This document shows, piece after piece, positions 12,340 to 25,141 of a stretch of DNA of 64,000 nt. The notes under the pieces are model-generated. The model had not been told where the DNA came from and made no database searches. It worked only from the letters and a program-made list of their open reading frames with translations. A program made the position numbers and the translations under genes. Numbering within the stretch: the stretch's first letter is position 1; the number at the start of each line of letters is the position of its first letter. Origin of the DNA: Ginglymostoma cirratum (taxonomy: Eukaryota); contig JAHRHZ010000271.1 of the NCBI GenBank assembly GCA_024137785.1, forward strand, positions 25,404,554-25,468,553, given 5' to 3'.

Positions 12340-13965
12340 CAAAGAAACTTACAGCAGATCTACTAGGGGAAGATCTTTTGGCCCAACTTGTCCATGGTGA
12401 CCAGGTTTCCTAAACTGAACTAGTCCCATTTGCCAGCATTTGACTCATATCCCTCTAAACCTTTCCTACCCCTGTACCTGTCCCAATGCCTCTTAAATGT
12501 TGTAATTGTACCCACGTCTACCTCTTCCTCCAGTAGCTTGTTCCATATGCATACCACCTTCTGTATGGAAAGGTTGCCCTTAGGTCTCTTTTAAATCTTT
12601 CCCATCCCACCTTAAAACTATGCCCTCTGATTGTGGACTCCCGTACCCTGGGAAAACACTTTGGCTCTTCACCTAATCTATGCCTTCATGCTTTTATAAA
12701 CCTCCGACTTTCCAGAAAAAAAGTCCCAACTTATCCAGCCTCTCCTTAACTCAAACCTTCCAGTTTTGGTAACATCCCTGTCTCCAGTTTAATAAAACCC
12801 TTCCCATTAGCACAGCAACCAGAATTGTTTGCAGTACTTAAAATGTGGCCTTACCAATGTCTTGTACAGCTGTAACATGATGCCCCAACTCCTGTACTCA
12901 GTTCTCTGATCAATGAAGGCAAGCATGCCAAACACCGCCGACACCACTCTGTCTACATGTTTTGATTTGATTGATTTTATTGTAGTCACATGTACCTAAG
13001 TACAGTGAAAAGTTTTGTTTTGTGAGCTATACAGACAGACCACAGCAAATAAGGACACACAGATCATAGGGTGCTTAGGCAGAGCGAGGTGTAAAAGGTT
13101 AAGGCTGCACAGGAGGTGCACAAAGTAAAATCAACATTATTTCAGGTTATAGAGGTCCATTTATCAGTCTAATAACAGCAGAGAAGATGCTGTTCTTGAA
13201 CCTGTTGGTCCATGCATTCAAGCTTCTGTATCTTCTGCCTGACAGAAGAGGTTGGAGGAGAGCATTACAAGAGTGGGATGGGTCTTTGATGTTGGCAGCC
13301 TTTCTGTAGCAATGAGAAGTATAAATAGAGTCCTTGGATGGGAGGTCGACTTCCATGCTGGTCTGGATTGTGCACACAACTTTCTGTAGCTTCTTATGGT
13401 CCTGGGCAGAGCTGTTGCCTTACCAGGCTGCTATGCACCCCTATAGAATGCTTTCTATGGTGCATCTGTACAAGTTGGTGAGGGTCTTTATGGACATGCT
13501 GAATTTCCTAAGCCACCCGAGGAAGAGGAGGTGTTGCTGTGCCTTCTTGACCGTCACATCTATGTGGGAGGTCCAGGACACTTTGTTGGTTATTGTCACT
13601 CCTAGGAACTTTACGCTGTCACCTCTCTGCACATCAGCTCTTTTGATGAAGATAGGGGTGTGTCCTCCCCCTTTTTCTTCCTGAAGTCAATCAGTGACGC
13701 AACTTTTAAGGAACTGCACCATTAGTTCGCTGTTTGACAACACTTCCCAGGGCCCAAACATTAACTGTGTAAGCCCTGCACTGGTTTGTCTTACCAGTAT
13801 GTAACACCTTCCATTGATCTGAATTAAACTCCATCTGCCATTATTTTACCCATTGACCAGCTGATCAAGATCCCATTGTACTCTTGGATGACATTCTTCG
13901 CTGTCCACTATACCACCAATTTTGGTGTCTTTTGTAAATTTACTAACCATGCCTCCTATATTCTC
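12340..13965 (-). mobile_element. CR1 (HER1-like) LINE 3' portion, interrupted by a Rex/Babar insertion
   Basis: Minus frame AFGMLAFI..EYRSWGIMLQLYKTLVRPHFKYCKQFW (CR1 RT C-terminus). Host sequence resumes at ~13693 (gtgacgcaacttttaaggaact). Confidence 0.85.
12961..13692 (-). mobile_element. Rex1/Babar-type LINE 3' fragment nested in CR1
   Basis: VKFLGVTITNKVSWTSHIDVTVKKAQQHLLFLGWLRKFSMSIKTLTNLYRCTIESIL and DPSH..LLQPLLSGRRYRSL..TNRFKNS; tail aataaa(atca)n on the minus strand. Confidence 0.85.
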
Positions 13966-16304
13966 ATCCTATTATTGAAAATAACTTTCTTGCTTGCTGC
14001 ACAACACAGAGATCAATGGCACATAGAGCATAATGTATTGGCTAAAGCTTCTCACTTCCCAAATGCTGCTCAATTATTGAAATACCTGAATTCTCCCCTC
14101 GATTTGAAGATTAGATTGTGTTCCCACACTAACTTGTGCCTCACTAATTATCATTATTTCATTCATTAAAAAGATTTATATTTGTTGCGGCAATTGACAA
14201 TAATGGTTCATCTGTGCCTGTGGGGTAAACCCGGAATGGGAAATAAAACATCTGCCGGATGCATCCAGCTGCTTAGATATGAGAATAGCATGATGCTGAA
14301 TATGCAAATTTGTGATTATACATCAGTATAACCTTTTAAAAGACATGCTCATATAATCACTGTATTTGTCCCAAGGTTATAAAGGTCTCTTAGACCATCT
14401 TACCCTGGGATCGCTTGACGTGATACAAGAAGCATACTGCTACATATAATTTACTAGGTCAATGCTAGCACAGATGCACTCAGTCTGAGGAATGTAATGA
14501 TTGTATATAATTGTCAGGTCTAACAAATGTCTCTTGGATACAGCGACACCACGATATCCATACCCAATTTCTTATGTTAAAGGAGTTAATATAAGCATTG
14601 CTACATCAGGTAAAATGCCCTGTTTTAGGCAAACTGTGTCATTTATAACACTTGAATGTATGTTTTACTGATGAAGATTAAATAGTATGGAGTATGATGT
14701 ATATTTACAATCATACCATATCATGTACTCTGCCAAAAGGCAGGTTCCTGTCTCATTGTTGCCTTGAGCCTTAATATGACAAGTTTTATCAGTGGTTATT
14801 TGCTATTAGCTTTCACTCTCAAGGACAGGGTGAGGAGGTCGGTCTCCAGTTTATCTCAGATAAATTTGAAGCATTGTCAGCATTATTTTGAACTACACAC
14901 AAGCCACCTAGCCAATTGAGCTAATCAGCAGCTCCCCATTGACAATACACTGAAACACAAATGAAAAATATTACATGGACTTAGATTGCTTTCCTGAATA
15001 TGTTTGGCCTTTCCACCACATACCTAATCAGGGCAGAGGCAGGAAGGTGATAGGGGATTCATTTGTGGAGTTCCCGCCTGATTAAGTTTTCCCCAGCCAC
15101 CAAACTGACCATAGAAGAGGGCATTAAATCCTGGCCCACGTTTCTACGTGCGATTTACTTACACTTTCAGAACCAATTGAGAAGCATTGTTTTGGCTGTT
15201 TGATTATCAAAAAAAAATGTTAAAGTTAGTTACAAAAATTGTATTCATGGTACTGAAAGTTCAACAAAAAGATTTATTTGCTCCTCAGAAAATATAAACT
15301 AAACATCCTAAAACCCCTTATTGTGGTTGTCTAACAACTAATAACGTAGGACCAAATATATACTTTGGAGTTAGACTGATGAGACATGTCGTTGAGTGAA
15401 AACAAAGGATTAATTTCTTGCATCTTCATGTTGGTGGTAAAGTTGTGGCTGGCACCACTAAAAGGGGCTATAAAAACATCGTTAGTTTTTTTTGTTGGCT
15501 GTAACGGGAACTCACTGTTCTGGGTGTAACACGGAAACATCAATGAGGTGAGTGGAGGAGGCCAAATGGAATAGTGGCACAGTTGCAGTGAAGTCACCAT
15601 TCCCCTGTTGATATCCTTTTGAGGTCTGCCTTTCACCTCAATCACAGTAAGAGTTTAAAATCTTACCTCCTAGCCCTTCAATTCCCCACCAGGCCTGCAA
15701 TGAAGACAGGGAAATGAGCAGAGTTAGAGGTGGCAGGAAAAAGGTTGGAGTTATGGGTTGGAGGGAGTGTGAATAGATCAGAGGAGGAGAAGGTTGGTTA
15801 TGGTGTATGAATGCAGACAGAGCTGGGAATGTAGAAATGTTTTCACATTACTATTTGTTTAAAGGCTGTGGTCCTATGAAAGCATTGTGTCCATTGAGAA
15901 CTGCCCTAAGTAAATCAGTGTAAAAACTGGGATAAGTACACAAGCTAAACAGCCCAAGTTTTTTGTATTGACAAGTTCCAATGGGGTGATCAGTGTGGTC
16001 TCCCTCAGCCCAAAACAGGCACACTGAAAGTTCCAAATTTGAAAGTATCTTGTCCCAAGACTTGTGGCGTTATTGTAGCCCTTATTATTGGCAACTATCT
16101 GATGTCCATCAACATTACATAACTGCGAGATCTAGCCCGTGAGGAAACACTCTGCTGACAGTATGTTATTTACAACATGGGGCTGACTTCCAACAATTCA
16201 GCTAGGTGCCAATTTTGGGGAGTTTCACAGATGGTTTCTCTGTGAACCCAAGTCAGTTATTTCTTGCAGTTCACTGCTCCTCCTGTCCTACCAAAGGCAG
16301 GCGC

Positions 16305-16385
16305 GTGGAGTTAGGCCACAGATCAGCCATGATTTTATTGAATGGTGGAACAGGCTCAAGGGGCTGAATGGCCTACCTCTGCTAC
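16305..16385 (+). mobile_element. CR1 3' tail fragment
   Basis: gatcagccatgattttattgaatggtggaacaggctcaaggggctgaatggcctacctctgct. Confidence 0.7.
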
Positions 16386-19300
16386 TATAAATGCAGCACA
16401 CCTCTATGGTCCCACTCCCAAGCAGTAGAATTACCCATCACTCCTGGCACCTCCCGATATTGCTGCTGTCAGCATCATACTTAAAGCCCAACTGTGTGCT
16501 AGATCAAGTTATGAATAGCTCCTCACAGTATGCATAATGTGAGGAAAACTTCTCAGGTTGTGTAGATGACATGGATGATTGTTTTCTTCACTTTCTTTTA
16601 CCATATTTGAAAAATTGCACTATTTTCTCCCACTTGCCTTTTGAATTGAGAAGACAACTTTTCAGCATCATCTTTTTGCATTAAATTTTTGAATAAAGGT
16701 GAAGTGGCCTTTGTTCTGTCAGACCTTAGGGCTGCTCTCTCAATAGTGAGAAAGATGACTGATGGTGATTTAACCTGAGGGTCGCCACACCTCAGGTAGA
16801 GGGAGAGATCGAGAAGGAGAATGCTGAATATTGAGTTGCCTGATCAAAAATAACACAGATTTAGATTTACTGCCAGAATATAATTTGGGTGTGCAAGAAG
16901 AAAAATTGGTCAATATTTCAGCTGTGAATGTAAAGCATCTGTCTCATTTACAAGTAGTGTGTGAAGTTAAACTGGGAGGATCAATCAAACAATGTGTATA
17001 TATAAAATTCGAAGCGTCACATTGAATCCATCTCATATTGATAGAAATAGGAGGTTTAAAGAAGAAATAGACCTGGGTCTGTAAAGCAGGATATTATTGA
17101 ACTATTCAGCAGTGCAGCAAGACGGCTTTGTAATATGGAAGACTGCAGGAATTACTGTAGTCTACTTTTGCAGACTGTCATTTCTTTCAAATTATTTGTT
17201 TTTCTCTGTTACTCAGTATTAAGATAACATTTTTCTAACCCACAGAGTATTGCAATCGATCTAATTAGCCGGTAGCCTGGCCCACTCTCTTTGTGTGGTC
17301 TGATTGTGCTGATGATTCCATTTCATTTATTTCCTTGAGCTTTATTTATTTTGATGAATGGAGAGCTCATCATAAATGTGATAGAATGTCACAGTGAAAT
17401 CAGTCTGGAGTTTCTAAACAATGGCTGTTAGAAAGATAAATGGAATAATTTTAAATAATGTATTTGTTCTAGGTCTTGCATTAAATCCTTCAACATCTTC
17501 GTCATCAGAAGAGCCTGACTAACACTTTCTCCGAACTCTCTTCCTGTTATATTTTCCACTGATTTCCAAGCAGAAAACACATTAAAAATTGCACCTTTTA
17601 TACTATAATCACTATTCTGTATAGTGTCTTTGTGTTTGATTAACTTCCTTGTAAGATCTCTCTTGCAATAAAATTTGATATTCTCGATAAAGCTCTATGG
17701 GGTTGCATTGAGGGGCAGGAAAGTTGTAGTACTTTTCACAAACTCTGATTCATGAGGGTGAGCTGAGCAGTTGTTTAGCAAGATGATAATTACACTATCT
17801 TCAGGCTTGTTGTTTCTCTAAAAATCTTCATACAACAGATGAAACAATTCTTGAAGAAGTTATCTGTCCATCTGTGCATTACTCTACATATTGTAAACCG
17901 TGGGTAACTGCACAATACCGTTAAATGACTCCGGGCACTGAACTTTTCCGTTTACCAAAAGCATTATTTTAGCAAGCTTGCAGCATTTGCACATGTAGGC
18001 ATTGTAATTCTATCTTTAATCTGTTTAAAACTAGTAAGACCAGATTCTCCAGTATTGGCCAATGTTGCAGACATGGTTAACATAGCCAGTTTTGTCCACA
18101 TTATAAATTTGATCAAGGGTTAGGTTATGTTCGGAAAGTAATTTATTTAGTAGAAAAAAATGCTGTTTTTCTGTAGCCTCATATAGTCAGCTGATTTTGG
18201 TTCATCAGGTACATTTAACCTTCCAACAATGTGATAAAGTTTGTAATGTGAAATCTTCAGGTCCCGGATAATGCTTGAATGACTTCCAGTTGATTAAGCA
18301 AACAATGGGGACTATCAGAGATTCTGTGTTGGATAACATGGCATTCACTGTATATGGTCTCCTGGTGTTGTCAAATTGAGTACACGTTGGAAGACTGAGA
18401 AACTTCATATATCACATCACCTTTCAGTTGTCTAAGCTTTCCCCCATTGGGTAGCAGGCTGCATACACAGATCCATTTTTGCTTATTTTTGTCGTTTTCT
18501 GTTTTTACTCAATCCTCTCAGACACTCAATCTTGAGTTGACAAGTGGTAATGTTATTCCAGCAGTGTGAATGTGGATATTGTTGATCTTGTCTTTCCTTA
18601 GTGACAAAATGCAGAAAGGCAGGCTGATATACTGACAGATAAAAGGAACATCCCTGTCACTTCCATGCTGAAGCTGACTTGTAGCTGAGTTGTGAATTTG
18701 TCTATACTTTACACAGCGCAAACTTTGTTTTTCATTACCTAACATCTACAAGAATGATTTTAATAAAATGATAATGTTGAAAGAGATGAGAAATAAAGAA
18801 CTCAACATTAAGAATGTTCCTGTCGACTTCCACACGGATACATTTCATTGATGATCTCCAACGAAGAAAGCATCAGTCATTCAGAACATAAGACCCTTTA
18901 TATTAAAAAAAGAACAATAGATATTGCCTGCAGCACACAGAATGAGTTCTCTCCTGACTTCAGATGAAAGGGAGAACTTACTGAACTTTTATTGTCCTCA
19001 TGGTCACATCTTTTTATCTACCCTGTCTTATATATTGCTACATGGACAAAATTCTTTAATTCTGGCAGACTAGACTTATCCCAATAGAGTGACAGAAAAT
19101 ATTCAGTGAAGAACTGGAAAATACAGAATCTTTCTTCCATCAGGGCAAACTAATCATTGTAAGGAAATACAAGCTTTTCAATCAGTTCCTAACCCCTTCC
19201 ACAAAAAAAAGGTGCTCTGAGACAGTTTCTAAACAGTAGACAAATGCATCCAGGGAAAAGAAAACTTAAACTGGAAAGGTACATTCGTATTATGCACCTG

Positions 19301-20553
19301 ATAGGTTGTGCTGGAGGCAGAAGGAGAAAATAAACGTCACCCTTAACTTTAGTGCCTCAAGAGGCTGACAAAATTGGACAAGATACACTTGATGTTTTAC
19401 TCTGTGCATAGGATTTCTCCTTTTGGTCGTCAGCAAAGTGGTACTGAGTACAGAGAACTGATACGATTTGCCATGAAGCAGCATGAGATAGCTTTGATAA
19501 TCCCTTTCTGGGTGCCTTTTGGCAGCTACTGGTCTGTCAGTGCGATTGGACAAGGAACGTTGACAAGTGTAGTCAAATTTACAAGGTAGCACATACCTCA
19601 TGGCAGTTGGTCAGGGAGAGCATTTATGGAGGCTATCCTTCTATTTTGTTGACCAATGCATCAGTTCAGGTGGCCAGGCTAATAAGTGTAACAAAACCCA
19701 TGAAAATTAAGTTAGAAAGGCAAAAAACATGAGAAGATGTAAGAAATAAGGCTTCACAAAATATGCTTTTGTAACTATTGGTTTACGTATCTTATCTGCT
19801 CAATAACAAATAACTGTAGGTGCCGTCAACATTAAAGTTTTGTGTTTCTTCTGCAATAACAACTAAAATGAGAATTTGCTGACAGCTGAGAGAGGCAGTA
19901 TGTGGTATGACAGGCTGCTGACATTCCTGCTGAGTTCAGTAGCAATTTACTCATAGCTCGAAAAAGTCTGCATTCATTCAGCAATGGTATCGTTAAGCCA
20001 TTAGTGATGTCGTCTGTGTGTTATATTTTTAAAATGCACAAATAAACCTGTGAAGCTTCTTGTGGCTTATTTGGCTGAGTATTGTAGCTCATTAAAGTAA
20101 TCTGTCAGAGTGATGTACTGCCCTGAGTTACTGTGCAGCAGATGCAAGCCAGACCTGATTTAAACTTCATCTTATCCTTTATCTTAGTAAAATTGTCACT
20201 CACCAGGGGTAGGGGGGGGGAAGAACCTCAAATTTACACACACTAAGGAGAAACAGTTAAAATATATTTTCTATATGCGGTTAGTACTGTGGATTTGTTT
20301 GGCAGTATTATACTTTTTAGTTAACTGCTGGGCTTTGAGATGTTTGGTCCCCAAGCTAAAGTGTTAAGATACATTATTGAAATTTGTTTCTCCTCCTCTT
20401 CTGCTCTCAACTTCCCTCAACCAATAAAAACATTTCAGACTGCTGTTTAGTTAACTTCTAATTATTGAAACTGTTAAGTCAAAGTTACCCGCATCATTTC
20501 TCTAGTGTGTAGTGTCTATTGCACGGCTACAAAGTAGTAATTTACAGTTTGTA

Positions 20554-21153
20554 AGATAACAAGCATGGGGCTGGATGAACACAGCAGGTCAAGCAGCATC
20601 ATAGGAGCAGGAAAACTTGACGTTTCGGGCCTAAACNNNNNNNNNNNNNNNNNNNNNNNNNNNNNNNNNNNNNNNNNNNNNNNNNNNNNNNNNNNNNNNN
20701 NNNNNNNNNNNNNNNNNNNNNNNNNNNNNNNNNNNNNNNNNNNNNNNNNNNNNNNNNNNNNNNNNNNNNNNNNNNNNNNNNNNNNNNNNNNNNNNNNNNN
20801 NNNNNNNNNNNNNNNNNNNNNNNNNNNNNNNNNNNNNNNNNNNNNNNNNNNNNNNNNNNNNNNNNNNNNNNNNNNNNNNNNNNNNNNNNNNNNNNNNNNN
20901 NNNNNNNNNNNNNNNNNNNNNNNNNNNNNNNNNNNNNNNNNNNNNNNNNNNNNNNNNNNNNNNNNNNNNNNNNNNNNNNNNNNNNNNNNNNNNNNNNNNN
21001 NNNNNNNNNNNNNNNNNNNNNNNNNNNNNNNNNNNNGTTTAGGCCCGAAACGTCAAGTTTTCCTGCTCCTATGATGCTGCTTGACCTGCTGTGTTCATCC
21101 AGCCCCATGCTTGTTATCTCGGATTCTCCAGCATCTGCAGTACCTTTTATCTC
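20554..21153. mobile_element. Palindromic PLE-derived insertion with its centre in a 400-N gap (20637-21036)
   Basis: The visible ~83-bp arms are exact reverse complements. TSD ATTTACAGTTTGTA at 20540-20553 and 21154-21167. Confidence 0.85.
20637..21036. other. Assembly gap (400 N)
   Basis: Run of N. Confidence 1.
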
Positions 21154-23479
21154 ATTTACAGTTTGTAGGTATGATTGAGCACACATACATTTCCTCATCT
21201 TGACCAAGCTGTTGATCTGAGGCTGACTGTTTCGTTCAAGGAGGATATTTCCACTGGCCCGACATGGAATTCACATTCTGCATTTACTTGATCCATTCCA
21301 GGCGCTACATTCATTTATCACCTTCTACATATTATTATGACAATTCCACTTCACTCTCGTATGCAAAGAAGAATGCTTTTGATCACAACCTTGTCAGAGA
21401 CCTCTCAGATGAAGAAGAATGTTATTAGTAATTTCACGTGAGGATATGAGGTTCCTGTTTTATGGGGATAAAAGAGTTGAACCTTTTTACAAAATAGGTA
21501 TTGAATATCAACAAAACAATTTAATTATATGATACTGTAAAAATGTATGTATCATTTTAAAAATTGAAGGACTTAATTAAAGTAGTCATTTTGGTTCGGC
21601 AAATGTTGCCCTGAAGAGTAGTTATTTTATAATTATTTGCTGGGAAAAATTGTTATTGCACTGAATGCAAGTCTAAGCAGAAATACAGTAGATAAAGGTC
21701 TTGTTTAAACTAAAATAGTAAGCTAATCTATTAAGTGTGAATCTATTGCCTCTTCCTTTGTAAATTGTTTTCCAACAAAATAAGCACATCTGTTACTCTA
21801 AACCCATTTGTGCATATCCCAGGCTTTGGAGTAAGCATCTAAACCTCATGCTTAGTAGTGGAGTGGATTCCTTTCTATCAGTTGTATAGGGCATATTAAG
21901 TTCAAATGTTTCTTTACAGTATTACATAGCACCCTATTAGCTCAAATGTGAAACTTTGAGAGCATTTAAGAAAACTTAAATGCATCTCAGGCTCTGTGAT
22001 ATTAGAGACAAATTAAGTATCACACAAAATATTGTCAAAGCTAGGAAATCAAGGATAAAATGTGATAATCTTTGGCACCATAAAGGATTTTTAAAATTTC
22101 AGATTACGGATTGTCTTCAGTTCTGGACTGTTGACTAGGAGTTTCAGTGTCTAGAAATAGCTCCTATTTTAGAATTACTCCAAAGTAGGTTCTGAACGTT
22201 GTTTCTTGGATCCTACCTCTATTTTACCTGAATGTAATTTCAAGGCTGACATATTGTCTGCCAACCCAGCTTGATTTGAGTTAAGGGCAGTTGTCTGGGA
22301 GATCCTGTTGATCAAACCCAATGTGTATCAAAATTATATAATGTTGAAATGGACTGTATTCTGGTCTGCAGGACATATATGTGAACTCGGAAAGAGGAAA
22401 AAATCTGATAACAACAAATCAGACAGTTTTTCTCGATTTTGAAGTTTTTAAACGTAAAAGCAATTAACTTCTACCTTCAAATAATGCTGTTATTTCTTAA
22501 TGTCCAAACTTTTCCTTCATGCGTCAATGTAGTATTTCAAAAGTGCTTGATTGAATAACTGGGTTGCGCCAATTTTCTGTAATGTGTGAATGTTTTCATA
22601 AAGAGAGCTTGGCCAAAAGTGTCGACAGCTTGTGTAATCCAGAACTTTTGAGGCTGATCTAATAATAAAAGATATTTTATTGCTATACTTAACTCTTTAA
22701 ACAGGTTAACAACAGCCTTAAGTTAATGCCAGTTTGGAATGTTGTGATTGTTGTATATTAGATATGGAATAGTTTTATGATTGACCATATATTTGGAAGA
22801 GATGGAAAAGAAATGGTTGAGTGGGAATTATTATAATTCCAGGATTCAATGAGAAATCAAGTACGATCCTAATTAAGAAAGAACAAGAGAAAGTTTCAAC
22901 ACCTTGCTTATCAAAACATTCATCTCCCATGGGTTGCAGAGTTTGTGGTAATTCCAGTTTATAGCAGTGCACTTGGATAGTGCCAATCCCTACAGCATTT
23001 TTCATATATTCAATATTTTCTAACGCCAGCCCTTTAGCCATTCTCTTTTCTGCACATGGTTAAATGTGCTGTTCTATTTTCTACGAGATTGGATTATTTT
23101 GTAGGGAAATGTTTACCAGTAAAAGGCTTCATCTAATTTTTGAAATTTTGAAGCACTTTATTAAGAAAATGGATAATGCACCACTAATCAAATAATAAAT
23201 GCAGAATTTTGATGGACAATTCAGCTAATGTAGCGGAAACAAAATGTACCCAGGAGGATAATCAGTCAAAAATGAGTGATTCAAAAGAATTAAGATTTTA
23301 ATACGTTATAGCATCTGGAATTTAAATCAAACAGAATTCAGCATCAAGGAACTACCTGAACCAGGGAACTACGTCAGAAATAAGTTTAATCTCACCGATA
23401 AAATTCATGTACATTCAAAATGTACTGTATTGTTTCTCAGTTATTTTGATGGAGGATTAATATCTATTTAACCCAAATT

Positions 23480-24253
23480 TCAGGATCAAACTGAAATATG
23501 GCAAGTCACATTTATACCACAGTAGTATCAGGCAATGACCACCTCCAGCAAGTGCAAATCTAACCAATTTCCTCTGGAATTCAAAGACATTACCATCATT
23601 GGACTCCCCATGATCCGCATCTGGGGAGTTTACATTGACCAGATTCTGAACTGGGCCAGCCACCTAAATGCCCTGCCAGCAAGAGCAAGTTTTGGAATTT
23701 TTCAGTGAGTAGCTCACTTTCTGTCTTCCAAAAACATGTTTGTTATCGAAAGGCACAAGTCAGGGATATGATAGATTACTCTGACTTGCCTGGAAGAATG
23801 CAGCTCCAATGTCACTCCAGAAATCTAACACCATCCACAACAAAGCAACCCACCTCAATAATGCCCCATCCACTACCTTAAACGTCCACTCTCTCTACTA
23901 CTGATGTGCAGTGGCAGCAGTGTGTGCCATCTTCGAAAGGCATAGCAGCAACCTCCTTTACAGCAGTTTGCAAACCCATGACCTCTCCCACTGAGAAGGG
24001 CCAGGGCAGTAGATACATGGGAACACAATCATTTTATGTTTAGCGCCTAAGCCGCACCTCATTTTGACTTGGAACTATCTCACTGTTTCTTCACCATTGG
24101 TCAAAATCCTAGAACTCCTTTCCTGACAGCACTCGTAGACCGCAGCAGCTCAATCAAGTAGCTGACCACCACCTTCTCCAAGGCATTTGGAGATGAGCAA
24201 CAAATGTTGATTTAGCCAGTGATGCCCATGTCCCATGAAGAGTTTAAAAAAAA
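23480..24253 (+). mobile_element. CR1/L2-clade LINE 3' end whose tail matches the SINE family
   Basis: Decayed RT C-terminus (ctggggagtttacattgaccagattctgaactgggccagccac..aaggcacaagtcagg). Tail gagatgagcaacaaatgttgatttagccagtgatgcccatgtcccatgaagagtttaaaaaaaa. Confidence 0.75.
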
Positions 24254-24814
24254 CAGAATAAAGTAATACCTCAAAGATCGGTATGCCAATATCCCAGTAG
24301 TAACGTACCGTGTAATTTCATTTTAAGTCTTGTGTTTTGTTTACCAAATTTGGAACTGTGGATAATGTTGGCAAGACCAGCTTTACTGCTGAAGTTTATT
24401 TGCTCTGGCGAATGTTGGTGATGGGTATTCTTGAACAGCTGTAGTCCTCGCAGTTAGTCAAAGAATTACAGGATGCTGTGGGGTTTGGAAGGACATTTAT
24501 ATTTCCACTGCATTGTTGCTCTTGTCCATCTAGGGGATGGCGAATTCAGGAGGGGTAGACCCTGTCGAAGTTTAGCCTGCTGTGTTTCTGCAGTGCATTC
24601 TGTATGCAGAGCAGACTGTCAAGACCCACTAAGGAAAGTGTACTGATACTCGAGCCCACTCTGCCAAGTGCATCACAAATGTTGAAGATTTAATCAAATT
24701 ATTCAAAGTCCTAATTTTCTTGTCTGATTGGTGAGCGGGTAATAGAAAATACTGACTGGGTTTCTGCACTTGACAAAAACTACTATTGATTACAAATAAA
24801 CCAATGTTTAAAAA

Positions 24815-25141
24815 TTCATGGGATGAGGGTGTAACATTTATGGCCCATCCCTAAGTACCCAAACGGCAACCACATTGCTGTGGGTCTGGAGTCACATGTA
24901 GGCCAGACCAGGTAAGGATGGCAGTTTCCTTCCCTAAAGGACATTAGTGAGCCAGATGAGTTTTTCCAACAATCGACAATGGATTCACGGTCATCATTAG
25001 ACTCCTAATTATAGAATTTTTTTATTGAACTCAAATTCCACCATTTGCCATTGGCAGGAGTTGAACCTGAGTCCCCACAACATTATCTAGGACTATGGAT
25101 TAACAGTCCAGTGATAATACCACTAGGCCATCACCTCCCTG
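24815..25141 (-). mobile_element. tRNA-derived SINE (same family as 9630-10185)
   Basis: Minus head gggaggtgatggcctagtgg..ggttcaactcc; body ..ggccagaccaggtaaggatggcagtttccttccctaaaggacattagtga.. shared with the other copy. Confidence 0.85.

Noticed and set aside
20565-21207. ORFs of 169 and 202 aa (also 154-251 aa at 56888-57643)
   Set aside because: They exist only because they run through N gaps.
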